Origin: the human T2T-CHM13v2.0 reference genome, Homo sapiens
Assembly: GCF_009914755.1 (NCBI RefSeq)
Contig: NC_060942.1
Length of the DNA: 64,000 nucleotides
Direction: 5' to 3' (one strand)
This document shows, in pieces, positions 15,420 to 31,204 of the stretch. The translations under genes were made by a program, and so were the position numbers. The notes below the pieces were generated by a model that ran no database searches, had not been told where the DNA came from, and worked only from the letters and a program-made list of their open reading frames with translations. Positions within the stretch are counted from its first letter, which is position 1. Each line of letters opens with the position of its first letter.

Positions 15420-15729
15420 GGCCGGGCGCGGTGGCTCACGCCTGTAATCCCAGCACTTTGGGAGGCCGAGGCGGGCGGATCACGAGGTCAGGAGATCAAG
15501 ACCATCCTGGCTAACACGGTGAAACCCCGTCTCTACTAAAAATACAAAAAAAATTAGCTGGGCGAGGTGGCGGGCGCCTGTAGTTCCAGCTACTCGGGAG
15601 GCTGAGGCAGGAGAATGGCGTGAACCCCGGGTGACGGAGCCTGCAGTGAGCCAAGATCGCGCCACTGCACATCAGCCTGGGTGAAAGAGTGAGACTCCGT
15701 CTCAAAAAAAAAAAAACAACAACAAAAAA
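15420..15729 (+). mobile_element. AluY (Ye-like diagnostics)
   Basis: CpG-rich full-length Alu; gggcgaggtggcgggcgcc and gaaccccgg...gagcctgcag; TSD aa(g/a)aatttctacctt. Confidence 0.92.
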
Positions 15730-17356
15730 TTTCTACCTTAACGTGCCTTAAGTTAAGTTGATGCTGCTTGGAGTTCTGAATCTGATTTAAATGTTAGTGA
15801 ATGACTTGCTTCTTAGATGCATTTAGCTATTTGCCAAAATGCATGAAATTTTTTTTAGAAAAAATGCTGTCTAATGTGGAATATCATTATTGTAGCCACA
15901 GTACTTCTTATGGGAGCTGCCATATTTAAAGGAAGTTGTATGATAGGCCTATGCAAATTAACCATGCTTTTTTTATTAAATTAGTAGTTGTAGGATGAGG
16001 CATTCTTACTGTCATAATGATACAATCAGAGTGAGAAAATGCATGAGATGGGTTGTTGCAGATTCCCTGCTCCCTCTACAAATTCTTATCGTGAAAGTTA
16101 ACATTTTAAAGTTCATAATCCATTACCCCATTTGTCCAGTCCTTTCCTAGTTCTTGATTAGGCATTTAATTTAAAAAAATTGAATGGCTTAATTTGGGCA
16201 TAGTAGTTGTATACACACTTTTTGGTGGCAATTTCCATAAAGCAGTTTGTATCTCAACTCATCAAGTGGTTTGTTAATGAAGTGAGAGTTTGTTAAAGAT
16301 CTTTACTTGAGGATCCTTAAGGAAAATTGATGCCTATGCAAGATAGACACTCATTTTACCCTCAGGGAATCAGATCTGGAAGCACTTATAGTCTGTAGAG
16401 CTTAATGAAACAAAGTACATTTTTTATTTGAAAGAATTTATTAGATTTATCTAAGAAAACGTGGGGAAGAGTTTTTAATTTTTTTTTTTTTTTGCCTATC
16501 TAGGATAGGAAATTAATGCTAATAGCTACTATTTCTTAGATAAAGATATATTAAATAAGAGTACAACAATAGCTATATCCAGTTTTAATATACTTCCTAC
16601 ATGCCAAGATACTTTAGAAATGTTAATTTTATTAAGTTTATAAGGTGTAATCATCTTGCATTTTCAGAATATTAGAACATAGCCAATCCAAAATTTTACA
16701 AACATTTTTGACAAAAAATAATCATGGATTACCTAAGATTACTTATTTATTTAATAATACATAAAGTTTTAAAATTCAACCTCTTCTGCGTCTACAAAAT
16801 TCTATTACTAAGAAGCAAAGCCATCATTTTTAGGTATATCTAAACAACAACCTTCCATACATTTTCAGGCACAACAAAATGCCTGTATGAAAATGTTCCT
16901 GGAAAGTAGCACTGGTGAAATTTTCTGATTCTTTCCAATACCAAACAACTCTGGATAAGATAAAAGCACCCATGGGAAAAAAAATAAAGCAAAACTAAAA
17001 CAAAACAGAATAAAAACAAAGATGCTGTATTAATTAATTTGAGAAACAATATATTTTTTTCCTCCTTCTCAATGCATTTTAAATGCTTTGAGATTCCCTG
17101 GGTAAACAACAACTTAACTTTGTTTAATCCAGCATTTTGCAGAATCATTTACACATGGAACCTTGGCTTCTTTGCTCAGCATATACATCAGTATCGGATG
17201 GTGTTAAGCACAGTTTGAGAAAGCTTCTTGAGAAAAATATGAGGAAAATTATGAAGTGTATGGAGAGCTAAGAGTTATTTTACTTCATGTATATGAGAAC
17301 AAGTTACATCATTTTGTTTTCCCTAATATATATTGACAGTTTCTTAAGTTTTTTTA

Positions 17357-17606
17357 TTTGTTTGTTTTGTTGTTGTTGTTTCTTTCTTTTTTTTTTTTTT
17401 TTTTTATTTTGAGACGGTCTTACTCCCTCACCCAGTCTGGAGTGCAGAGGCACGATCTTGGCTCACTGAAACCGCTGCCTCTGGGGTTCAAGCGATTCTT
17501 CTGCCTCAGCCTCCTGAGTCGCTGGGATTATGGGCATGTGCCACCATGCCCGGCTAATTTTTGTGTTTTTAGTAGAGACAGGATTTCATCATGTTGCCCA
17601 GGCTGG
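17357..17606 (-). mobile_element. Alu, 5'-truncated
   Basis: Antisense Alu ending at gttgcccaggctgg; TSD-like agttttttt(t)a. Confidence 0.88.
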
Positions 17607-19229
17607 AGTTTTTTTTAATCTTAACTTATTTACAGGAAGTAACATTTACTGTACTTTAAAAAATATACTAATTTAATCAAAGCAGTAGAAAGGAAAAAAA
17701 CATTAGTGAAAGGATGAAGTTGAATTTTTGAAGAAAGCTTTCCTTCTTTTTTAAAGATATAGTGATAAGTGTATGGACACCAAATGATTCCTTTGAGAAT
17801 GAGTTGAAATCATAAATTCATTTGTCCGAGAAAATAACACAGTTACATTAAAAAATATGTGTAACATTTCAAGTACTTTTTAGGCATCGTGAAGCTTGTG
17901 CCTGGGCTATCTAATAATCACTGACTTAATATTTTTGTATTAGAATTCCACAGTTTGAAGAAAACAGTGCTGTGTATTTTTGAAATGTGGTGTTCTGCAA
18001 TCAACAAGATATAGGGGTTTTAATTTTCAACAACTACCTTTTATTCAATAAATATCTTGATTATCATGTAGTCATAAATCATTGACTTAAAAGTAGGGCA
18101 GGTAATATTTATACTGTCTATCAGATATTTGAAATACAAACAATAATTAGAAAAAGAATGGACCCATATGGTATAAAATACTAAGGTTCCTCTGCTCAGG
18201 AAATCCAGGAGGATATGTCAATAAAAAAGGTAAAACACATATATAGATTAGAAACACTACACAGTCAAAGTAATGGAAAGTCTTCAGTGGCTATGTAAAG
18301 AAAATCACTGTTATTTTTCATCTTATTCCAGTGGCTTTTAGGAAATTCATATATTGAAACAAACATCAAAATTTCACTCTTAGCAAAACTGTCTGATTTT
18401 AATATATGTGTATTGTTTTTAATGTTTCACTCTTTCCAAAGATGTATTTACATTTTGAATTTTCCAAATTGATTATTAATGTTCTTACGTTTAGAAAATC
18501 ACTTCTAAAATGTATTGAAATCTCCATAAATAATAAAAAATAATTGCAAAATGCATTACCCCAGTTCACATACTTGGCTATTCAGGCAAGCCCGATCATG
18601 TTCAAGAAAGGCAAGTAGGTTTCACCTACATTTTGCTGAGCAAATTATATTTTGGATGATTGTTATATAAATTAGGAGAGGATTTTAAAAAATCACTTTC
18701 CTGGAACATAGTGAGGACTTACTGGACAAAAATGGAAAGGACACTGTTTCTACACTTTAGAAGCTCATTGTCTTGTGGACAAATAAAGCAGAAAAATACT
18801 TAGGGATTTTTATATATTAATCAAGATGTCAGAGCTCAGAGTGTTTTGGAAAAATAAATCTCCATGTTTTAAGAACTTGGTTTAGGACATTTGGAAATAT
18901 ATTAATAAGTAGATAAACATCTTAAATATATAATCATATATTAAAGATGAATTTTAATATAGCAAGCATTATACTAAATATTCTATATTAAATTTATATT
19001 ATCTATGTTTGCTCTATATTTTGTAGTGACAATATCAATAAAATTTGTATTTGTAAATGTTTTTCCATAGGAACCTGTTTGGAAATATTTAATACATAAA
19101 TACATCCATAAGTTACCATTAAAATGATATTATACATGTGTATTTATTGATAAGGCATGAAGTTCAGAACATTTGCTATGTGAATAAGAGGATTACTTCC
19201 TCCAGGACTTCCACTTCCCATTCTCTTTT

Positions 19230-19442
19230 AATTTTCTTCATACTGGTTGTTCTTTATTATAATCTGCATGTTATTCAGTTATTTTTTATTTTGTCTTTGT
19301 GTCTGTACTGAGAGGTGAACTCCATGAAGACAAGGATGGCAGGTGTTCTTGTTTGTTTCATTCACTGCTTGACACTAAGCAACTGGAAGTGTACCTGGCA
19401 AATAGCAAATATTCATAAGATGTTTGCCGAATAAATGAATTA
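19230..19442 (+). mobile_element. L2 3' end
   Basis: gtgaactccatgaagacaagg...gtacctggcaaatagcaaatattcataagatgtttgccgaataaatgaat. Confidence 0.65.
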
Positions 19443-20699
19443 TGAAAGTGGAACTCTTTGAAAAGCTGTATTCATAGAGAAAATGTGTGTGTGTGCACAT
19501 GCGCGTGTGCGCACAGAGATATGATGTGCTAATTTTAGAAGGCTGTCTATCAAAATGCTAGCAATATTTTTCTCTGGATGGTAGTGGAATTTTAAAATAT
19601 TCTTTAATTGGCTTTTTGGTATTATTTGTCATTTTAACAAAAAGAGATAGAAATTAAGATTAGAAACCATAATGTTTTAAGATTTAACATTGTGATTTTA
19701 AAATATCAATTTCTTCATCTCTATTCACCCCAAACATATTTTGAATGCCTATGTTGCTGCAGGTGGGAAAATAATTGCTATTTCTGTTCGTAAGTCAATT
19801 AATAGCTTACCAGGAAAGATAATAAAACATCGACTGGAGAACAAAGTCAAATTGTAATGAAATCCGTAACAGTTGTGCATAGTGTAAGTCTATTCTAAAG
19901 ACTAAGTATTGAAAATAAGTTCATTATTTCACACAAGAATAAAGAGACATAAATCATGGCCTTCTGTCCATGCATTCATTGTTGAAGTGTATGTTTAATT
20001 ACCACCTCTGGTACAACACAGTTTAGATTAGAGATATTATGATGTGGAAATAGGTGGGCCAGAGAGATGGGCTGAAAACAGAGGCTTTGGAGACAGACAA
20101 ATGCATTAGAGTTTTCATAGCACCACTTGGTTTTGTGATCTTTGCCAAATTACTTGACTTAAGTGGATGAGACTTACTTACCCTTCTGTGCTGTAGCCAG
20201 GATTGTCTGACCTTGTATGTGAAGCCCCCAGCACGGTGTCTCCCTGCTCAACAAGTGTGGATTTAACACCCTTTGCTAGGTAGAATCCCAGCTTGTCTCC
20301 CTTCAGAAGCCCCAGTACAACCACTTACATACTCACTCCAGACTCCAATTGAAAATCCAGTCATTTACTTATTTCTTTTAACAGATAAACTAAAGATGTT
20401 GGGGCTCCTTAGAAACTTGAGCACCTTAGATGTCAGTACTTCTGGGATGCCTGCATCTTAACCAAAAGCTGTTTGATGTCCACCTGCTCCTTTACAAATT
20501 TCAGTCTCATGAGTGGTTTGTCGTAATACCTTTTGTAACACATGTAGCAGGGACTGCCTTCTGCTATCCTTGAAAATCCTAGCAAAGGATCAATTCTTCT
20601 GTCTCTATCTGTTCCTATATCACTTTTTCTTACAAATAGGGAGCAATAATAAGGAGAAAACCAAAAATGGGTCGCATAACATCTGCATAAACTTCAACA

Positions 20700-22720
20700 T
20701 GTGATATTTTTAAACTTAAAAAAATTGTAATTAAGGCACCCGTAGAGAAAATGACACAACTGGAGACTAAAATGACTAAATGGAGAGTTTAAAGCAAATA
20801 CTAGTGTACATGCGAATTATATCAAGAAACAGAACTTTGTTAGTAGCCAAAAAGAAACCCCAATCCCAATACATTCCTTCCCATTCACACCAGGACCTCC
20901 CACTAAATGAACCACTGTGCTGATTACGATGGAAGCCACTTTCTCACTCTTTATACACTTGTCACCTAAGCATGCATCTTTGAACAGTGTAGTTGAGTTT
21001 TGGCAATTTGAGGAATTTATAGAAATAATCCTTGTATCATGCTTTCTTTTGTGTCTGGATTATTTTATTCAACATAACGTTTTTGAGATTTGCACGTGAG
21101 GTTCTATGTAACCATAGTTCATGTATTTCTTTGATTGCTGCCTAGTATTCAACTATATACATCAATCACAACTTCTGCATTTGAGACTTATGTGAATAAT
21201 GCTATAATGGCCATTCTTCTTGTGCAATGTACAGATATTTCTGTTGAGTACATAACCAGGAGTAGAATTGCTAGAGCCTGTGTAAATTGTTAGCAGAATT
21301 GCTAGATTCTGGGTGTGTATCTCCCAAAGTCATCTGGTGCACACTCTCTCCAGTAGAGTGTGAGACTTCCATTGCTCCATATCCTTACCAACACTTGGTA
21401 TTATCAGTATTTTTATTTTTTTCTCCATTTTGTTGCAAATGAATTGATATCTTATTGTGCTTTTACTTCAGGTTTCCCTGAGTACGAATGTAGTTGAGCA
21501 TTTTGTATAAGCCTATTGGCCATTTATACAGCTCCTTTTTATAAGCGCCTGCTCAAGTATCTTGCCCTCTTTAAAACTGGATTGTCTGTCTTCTTTTGGA
21601 TTATTTACATATTCTGGATATGTACCCATTTAACAGTTACGTGTGTGGCAAGTATCTTCTAATCAATTCCTTGGTTTTTGATTCTCTGATAATTCTTTCC
21701 TAATATGTAAAAATTTATATTCTTATTTATTTCCGCTTATTTTATCTTACAATAATGTTTTGTGTCTTATTTTTCTCTACTTTGAAATCACTGACATACT
21801 AATTAACATGCTATATTTTCTTCAAAAAGCTTTAATTACTGGACCTTTTACATGAATATTAAGGATCCACCAGATTCCTAAGACTGAAAATGTTAAGTGT
21901 CGCCATTTTGGAAAAGAGTAACATGCTTTAAAGAGCAAAAATCTTGTTGAGTGGGCATTGTAGCAGTTTTTTGAAATAGGTGTAGTCTTTTTTTCCGTTA
22001 AGAAAAAGAATCCGCCTGATTTTGGGATATCATATCAGGAAAAGGTCAATTTTCACTTTGTTTTCAATATATTTATCCAACTATCCCAGAGCTATTTATT
22101 AAAAAGTCTTTTTCCATTGTTTTGAAGTGCTCCTTTTGTCATAAATCAAATATCCATATATGTGTTTATTGATGGTTCTGTTCCTGATCTATTTGTATTT
22201 GTCTGATTCTACAGTGTCTTAATTACGGTGTCTTCTAATTGGTCTTGGCATTCTATTTAGCAAGTCTTCCCATCTTGTTACTCAATCTTATTTGAATCCT
22301 TTGAATTTTCTGGTTTGTAACCAAATATATAATCAGTTTCTCTCATGTTCCGTGTGAGCTTGAAAATAATTCATATTATGCAATCATTGGGTACTGCATT
22401 CTGCAGAGGTCTATTTAATCAATTTGATAAATATTTTTGCTCAGATACTGTGTATCCTTCCTGATTTGTTAGCAGATACTGACATTTTAAACAAACAAAC
22501 AAAACACGTTATTGTGGCCTTGTCGGTTTTTGTCAGCTCTGATTTACAATTCTGAGGCTACATTCATGAATGCATATAAATTCAGAAGAGTTTACACATT
22601 CTGCTGAATTAACCTCTGATCATTGCAAAGTGTCTCCATCTCTAATAATACATTTTGCTTTGAAGTAGACTTTGATATTAATATAGTTACATCAGTTTCT
22701 TTTTGTTAAGATTTAAGTTC
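20700..22720 (-). mobile_element. Old L1M (L1ME-like) 3'/ORF2 region
   Basis: ttcaacataacgtttttgagatt; accaggagtagaattgctag; ccatatccttaccaacacttgg; tttgctttgaagtagactttgatattaatatag. Confidence 0.7.
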
Positions 22721-22729
22721 TATTGTGTT

Positions 22730-23302
22730 CTCTCACTGCTTAGAGCTTTTAATGGCATCAGAGAGTAAAAGCCAAGATCCCTTCCTGACCTGGCTTGTCC
22801 CTGTCTCTCTCAACTCCAGCCACCTTGTTCTGATTCCCTGCCCTCCACGCTGGCCCCTTGCAGCTCTTGAAGCAGTTCAGAAGCTCCCACATCAGGGTAT
22901 TTACCTGTGCAATTCTCTCTGGCTGAAATGCTCTTTCCTCAGATGTCTGCATCACTCATTCTTTCATGTTCTCTAATGCTGCTCCTAAAAATCTCCCTGG
23001 GGGTTGAGCCTTTCCTCACCACACCCAATGTTCCCTTCTCCATCCTTGTGCATAATTCTCTCCATAGCACATAGCAAAAAAAAATTAAAATAAAAAAAGC
23101 TATTTACAAATGTGCTTCTTTGTTTGCTGTCCACCCATCTACCATATTGAAATGGTAGTTTCATGCAGCCAGAACTTTGTTTCCATAAGGGCAGAAACTT
23201 GGTTTTTGTTGTTATTATTTTATTCGTTTAAATTCTTTTTTATTACTCTATCCAGAGAATGTAAAACTCTCAAGTACTTTTTGAATAAATGAATGAATGA
23301 AT
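22730..23302 (+). mobile_element. L2
   Basis: tgacctggcttgtccctgtctctctcaactcc...catcagggtatttacctgtgc...ttgaataaatgaatgaatgaat. Confidence 0.65.
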
Positions 23303-25244
23303 AAGAGGAATTGTAGCATTATATTTATCTGTGTACCTATCTATGGATCTACCTATCTATTTAACAGCCATTAAATATAAGCTAGTATTAAGATAGAGCA
23401 AAACTCATTTCTCTATTGAAAAGATAGCTAAAGCTAAACTCATCAGTGCGTTAAAGTGAATCCTGTGCACTGACTACTTTTTTACACAAACCAAGTGTGT
23501 CTTTCAATAGTACTACACACGTTTTGTCAAAGGGCAAACACTTAAGACCAAGTAACTGAAATTACTCATAGCATAAACCTGTAAATAACTCTTCTGGATG
23601 GGCTTTGCTGATTTGTTTATTCATTTGTTGTCTTGATGTGTTTGTCTGATACACAGTTATAAATTAATAATAAATCTTATTCCCCAAGATGTCATTCACA
23701 TGGTATCTTGCTTTCAGAACGGAACACAAACTTAGCCACTCCAGCTACGACACTTCGTTCTATAATTTTTTAAATCTCAAGGAACAAACTTTCTAACACC
23801 CCCTTTAGAGCAATTGACTCTCAGGTTTGACAACTTCTGTAACTGAAAATTCTTCCGAGTTTCTAACCAAAATCCTACTTGAAGTGCAGAGTTCATTGGG
23901 TCAACAGCTTGTGATAAAACAGGCCCATTAAATCCAACTTCTGGTTAAGGCAGAGCTTGTGAATGAGTCCTAGCTAAATAACGTAATTACGGCTATGAAC
24001 TGAAGCCAAGAAATCTGCCACCTACTTCACAGTGAGTCTTAAATGGAAACAGGATATCCTTTGTGTAAAATCACCTTGAAAAGGAGAAAGAACTAAGGAA
24101 AAGAGATTGCTATGCGGTAAAATGGTTTTCATCAGATGGAAGGGGATTAAGAAGGTATTTAATGATGGCATGCTGGCTGGCTGGTTAACACAGTGGAAAG
24201 CTGAGGGTGTGAACCAGCTGTGATCCTGGGAATTCCTGGAGTCCTAGCAACAACATGGAATTTTCTATATGGGAATCGGAGGGGCACCTAGGAGCCTGTT
24301 TGATGAAATAACTGGCATGTTTAGGAGATAGTTTTGAATGAGAAAGTGAAATCAGTTAATCCCCCAGGATAAAGTGGTACAGCATCCTGAAATGATGGGG
24401 AAGGAATGTCATCTGCCGTAAGACAGACACTGGGAAGGTACATTTTCTTGTAAGCAATAGGTTCTGTTGTTAACCAGCCAATGGTCTCTGTACCTTGAGA
24501 TGCCCTTGAAAGCCAAGTAGTACCCGAAGAGACTGCCCCATCTCTTCCCACCTACTGCTAATGGAGGTCATTAATTTATGTCCCATTCTCATGGGAGGCA
24601 AATAAAAATAAGGTACTGCATTTCATTCATGTGGTGCTCTTTCATGTACTCAAAGAATGTGTATCTTTCATTTACAAGCAAAATAAAACCTATTCCTTTA
24701 TTATTCTTTTTTCTCCAAGGAGTGATTTCCTGGTCTCGGGCAGTCATTTCTGCTGTTCAGTCCTGGAATTTCTCCAACACTCTCACATAAGGCATCAGTT
24801 ATAGGGCCTAAAGCAGATCCTAATGCACTAATAAAATCTGGTTTGACGAAGAGTACAGAAAAGGTGATCTCCTTGTACTTCTGCTTATTTTATACTTCTG
24901 GTACGGAGGTGGCTTTTAGTGTGCTGACTCATGCTTAATTTGATTTTACATTGACACAGAATGACACTTGCAAATTCTCCACTCCAGTGCCCTTTTTATT
25001 TTACTCCTATTAAAAAGCAAAATACTTTGAAAAACCATGTCCAAAGAGGGGTAGAAGATGGAACTCTGCATTTATTAAATGATTTTTTTTTGCTACTTTA
25101 AGTTTAAAATTCAGCCAGAGATCTGATCAAAATATGACTAGTCCATAGCCATGGTGAATTCATATTTCCTAATAAATTATATGCTTTCATTATTTGATGA
25201 GATGTTTATTAGACTTTTAAAATATCAAACATAACTTAATTAAG

Positions 25245-25600
25245 ACAAACAGAAATGAAGGACATTGTACAATATACCTAACCATTAGACTTCCAAACTG
25301 TTTAGGTCACGAAAAACAAAGTGTCACATATCAGAGGAGACTAAGGAGACAGAACAACTACATGCATCTTGATATCCTGTGTCAGATCTTGAAACAGAAC
25401 AGGACGAGAAAAATCTGACAAAATCTGAGCAGAATCTTTAGTTTAGTTAATAGTATTTGACCAATATGAGTGCATTCATTTTGAAAATGTACCATTGTTA
25501 TATAGGATGCTATCAGAGGAAGCTGTATAGAGTATACAGGAACTCCACCATTTTTGCAACTGTTTATAAACCTAAACTTATTCCAAGATTGAAAAAAAAT
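25245..25600 (+). mobile_element. L1MC-type 3'UTR fragment
   Basis: gaggagactaaggagacagaacaactacatgc; gtttagttaatagtatt; ctgtttataaacctaaacttattcc. Confidence 0.6.
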
Positions 25601-26256
25601 AATAACTTAAGGGCTTCAACTTGGTAAACAGTCTATTACATAGAATCTTTAAAAATCAGTCTTATCTCTGCGTGATTGCCTTTCTTAATGTAATAGCAAA
25701 GAGATAAGATGCTGTCAAAAATATTAAATCTATTTTTTCCTTATTATCTATTATTAGGTTTATTTTAAAACAATATTGAGTGCCTACATAGAAATATGCC
25801 TTCTGGCTCATGTTTAACTCACTCTTTAATAGAAAATAACTACAGTAACATCAGATGGGGAATTACAGTCAGCAAGTATGTGTATTTACATATTTCCACG
25901 AATATTGTAAGGTTTCATTTAACATCATGATTGTTCCCAAGCTATGAGTAACAAAGTGACAGACAGTACAGGGGAAAGCATTGTTCTGTACAAAAAGACA
26001 ACAACTATATTACTAGGGATTTGAGTCTCAATTTTACTCCTCAATTAAGACTCCAAATCCATTAATGAATAGCTAAAAGATAAAATATTGATAATCTCTA
26101 TACATCCCACTTTGCAGATATCTTTTTCTGTTAGCAGTCTCTCAAATCTTAGATTCATGTAACTGTTTTTTACTTCCCCAATATTATTACTCTGACAACT
26201 ACCACAACCAGCACTATCCTACCATCACTGCTAGTTTTAAAAAAATATATCTAAAA

Positions 26257-26655
26257 GTATCTTAGTCAGTTCCAGCTTCTGTAACAAAATTTCATATAGC
26301 TAGTGGCTTGAACCACAGAAATTTATTTTTTCACAGTTCTGGAGTTTGCAAGTTTGAGATGAGGGTGCCAGCCCCATTGGGTTCTGGTGAAGGATTACTT
26401 CCTGGCTTGCACAGGGCCACATTCTCACTGTGTGCTCATGTGACCTCTTCCTTGTGAGTAAGCAGAGAAAGAGAGAGAGAAAGCAAGTTGTCTCCTATGT
26501 CTTCTTGTAAGAGCACTAATCCCATTATCAAGGCTCAACCCTCATGACCCCATGTAACCCTACTTACTTCCCAAAGGCCCCATCTCCAAATACTAGCACC
26601 TTGGGAGTTAGGGCATCAGTAGATGAATTCTGTGGGATGCAGTTCGGTCATGGCA
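26257..26655 (-). mobile_element. MLT1A/B-type MaLR LTR
   Basis: tcttagtcagttccagcttctgtaacaaaat...cacagttctggag...ccaaaggccccatctccaaatac...tcggtcatggca. Confidence 0.8.
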
Positions 26656-28901
26656 GTATCAGAAACCCAAGAGTTTCAGGTAAGAGTTTGTGGATTACTC
26701 TTCAAATTCACATGCCAGATGCTTTCTTCAGGCTATGTCTTGTAATCCTCAAAGAGCATCTTCATGAGGTATATTGATCTTAATTTAACTTCTGCAAGTG
26801 GAAGTGTTTAATGAATAGCAGAACCTGCACTAAAAATTAAATTGTTGTGACTAAAAAACTGTTTTTAGGCATTACAATATCACATCCTGAATTCTAATAC
26901 AAAAGTGTGAATTTCACTAAAGACTGAGTGAAGTGATTTATCCTGCCCAAAAATTTCATGCTATATGGTGAAGAGAGTAATTTTAGGAAAACCAAATTTG
27001 ATGCCGATTTTTTTTCTTTTATTTTCAGTCATGTATTAGTGAATGTCAATATAAATAGTTATATTGCTTAACAAATATTCCAAACTACTGTGAAATATAG
27101 TAGGAACTCATATGTGTATTCAATGGAATAAACGGTTTTGTTTATTGATACTATATCTAATTCTCGTAATTATTAAAATCATTTGAAAACTTTAAAACTA
27201 TACTGATGCAAGCAATAATTTGTAAAGTACATGTAAATACCCATATTGGTTATAGATGCACTGAACAAGGTCTGTTGCCAAGAGCATTTTATCCATTTTG
27301 AATTAAAATACCCTGTGTTTATTGACTACCTTCTATGCACTGCGGCATGAGCTTTACATACTTAATTTTTTAACACTTAACACTTAATTGTCCGTAGCTA
27401 ATTTAAGGACACAAGCTCAGAGAGATAAATGCCTTGCCCAAAGTTATGTGGCTCCAGCAAGGGCTGAGCTGGAATTCCAAGTCCAATATTTGTAGTTTCA
27501 TAGTCTGTACTTGGGAGATCATTAATATGCTTTCTATTTAAAAAATTATATGGTGCTCTAATTTTTCTGGTTGCAAAATATTTGCATCTGAATATTCTGG
27601 AGCTGAATATTTATTAGAATTGTATATCACTAGGAAAAAAGTGTCCCTTCATATGGCTTTGTCATGTGCAGAAAATTGTACCTACTCTATAAGAAAAAAG
27701 CGCTTGAGAAATGGCTGAGCCTTGTGGAGAGTATGCTGTGTACTAGAACATAAGCCCATCTTGGTAAATCCTCCGTCTGTTTCTTGAGGTACCCTTCTTT
27801 ATCAGCTAAGACACTAAGTAATTTGTGTAAGGTTGCACAGCTAGTAAGTGGCATAGCCATAATGTAAACCTATGTCTGTCTGATTCCAGAGCTCTATTAA
27901 GTTTCCACTATATCAAACTGTCTCTTCTTGATGTTTGCATTTCCAAAATCTGTTACCACTTGAAATGTAATTACTTCATTTAAGTTCAAAAGCAGAATTC
28001 TACAGCACTAAATAAATCTATGTAGAATTAAGTTAATTAAAGGTAGACAAACCATATGCTGATCATATTCTAATCATCTGTTTTTTTAAATACATTTCAC
28101 TTTGGGAGTGTGGATAAGTAAGGGGCCAAATAAGCACATAACTACAACATTATGTGTGAAATACAGGAGCTTTATGTAGAAAGAACACCAGGAGCTCTAA
28201 AGGAGTAATATAGTTCATAATTTTCAGGTTAATGGTTAGGAAGTGTTTTTTAGGGAAGGTGCATCTGATCAGGCAGAGGAGAGGCATGTTCATGTGTGTA
28301 GGAAGTTCAGGGTTATCCTGCACATGCTTTTCAAGGCTCCTGAAAAGGATGTAAGAAAGAAAGAGTAAAATCAACTTACGGATATGCTTGGTTGTTCTAC
28401 TTTTATAATGAGAGGCCTTTATGTGATTGTTGCAAGAATGCCTTTTAACATGGAAAAGACTGTCTTCTAGTGAATAATAAGCAATGCACACTTCAAAGGA
28501 ATTATATTATCTAGGCTATATTTGTAAAAAAACAATATGACAACTTTGCAATTTAAATGAAGACATAGAAGAGAAATATTGTGATCTAGATTTCAGAAGT
28601 TTCCTTCTATTGATTTCCTCATGGGCATAAAGAAATTATCCACCAGCAAAGAATACACTAGATTTTTAAATTTAAAAGTTGTGGCCAATTTGCATTTTTA
28701 GACTTCTTCAATTATTGGAAAGAAAGATTCATTTTATTACCTTGTCTTTAAACATATCTGTTGAGGGAGTGTGATATGGTGGAAAGTAGATAATGAACAA
28801 TTTACAGGTCTAATATTAATCAGTCCTATAAAATAAAGGCAAGGTTCAGAAATTATGGTTTGTGTCAGTGTAATTAGTAGTCTGGGTTTTTTTTTCAATC
28901 A

Positions 28902-30416
<1,515 letters not shown>

Positions 30417-31096
30417 AAGATTCAGGTGTGTGTGTTCAAATCCTGACATTGGCACAAACTTTATCTTGAAATGAAAGTAATGCCTATTTTACATTAATCT
30501 CATTTCACTATGAGTATTAAATATGTATATAAATTTTAATTTATTGCATGTATTTAATAAATACTTCCTATTACAGAAGTTCAAAAGTGTGAGACACATG
30601 TGTTCATAATAAAAATATATTTCTTGCTGCTTTCAAAATTACTAATGAACATCTGTTTTTAAAAATCTAAAATTCTACAAGATAAGTAAATTTTCAAATG
30701 TGATTTTTTTCAAAGATAGATAATTGAGTATTATGTAAGTGCTTCACTTAACTTTGTTAACCTGCCACTGCACTAGCATGGAAGATGGAGAATTGTCTGT
30801 CACTAGGATGGTGATAATAATTTATATGGTACTGACATCCAGATGATTTAGTTATATTAAAGACTACTAAAATCAGCCAGTACAGTGAAAACCTCAAAAC
30901 AAAATCTTTTCACAAAAAATTATTTTACATGAAATATCATATTTAAAAATACTGTAATCTTAATTAAGAACATGTTTGTCAATCAAAAACAGTTCCTCTC
31001 TGAAGTACACTTAAAAAATTGATTAATTGAATCAACTCCTAATGTCGTAAACTCATGTAAAAATATGGATAATGGGATTCCTTTATTTGCTTTCAG

Positions 31097-31204
31097 ATTT
31101 TCAGACGATGCTGGTTGGTTTTCAAGAAGGCTTCTAGCAAAGGACCCAGAAGGTTAGAAAAATTTCCAGATGAAAAGGCAGCTTATTTCAGAAACTTTCA
31201 TAAG
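31097..31204 (+). CDS. DOK6: DOK6 coding exon 2 (PH-domain segment), 108 nt, phase 0/0
   Basis: Acceptor ctttatttgctttcag| at 31081-31096 and donor AAG|gtaagt at 31202-31210. Translation [36 protein letters not shown] matches the recalled N-terminal PH domain of DOK6. ORF track 31115..31303 overlaps it and reads through the donor. Confidence 0.95.

Noticed and set aside
23700-24040. Acceptor-like cttgctttcag at 23707-23717 with a gtgagt donor near 24032
   Set aside because: Short pyrimidine tract, an implausibly long unit, and no DOK-like coding.
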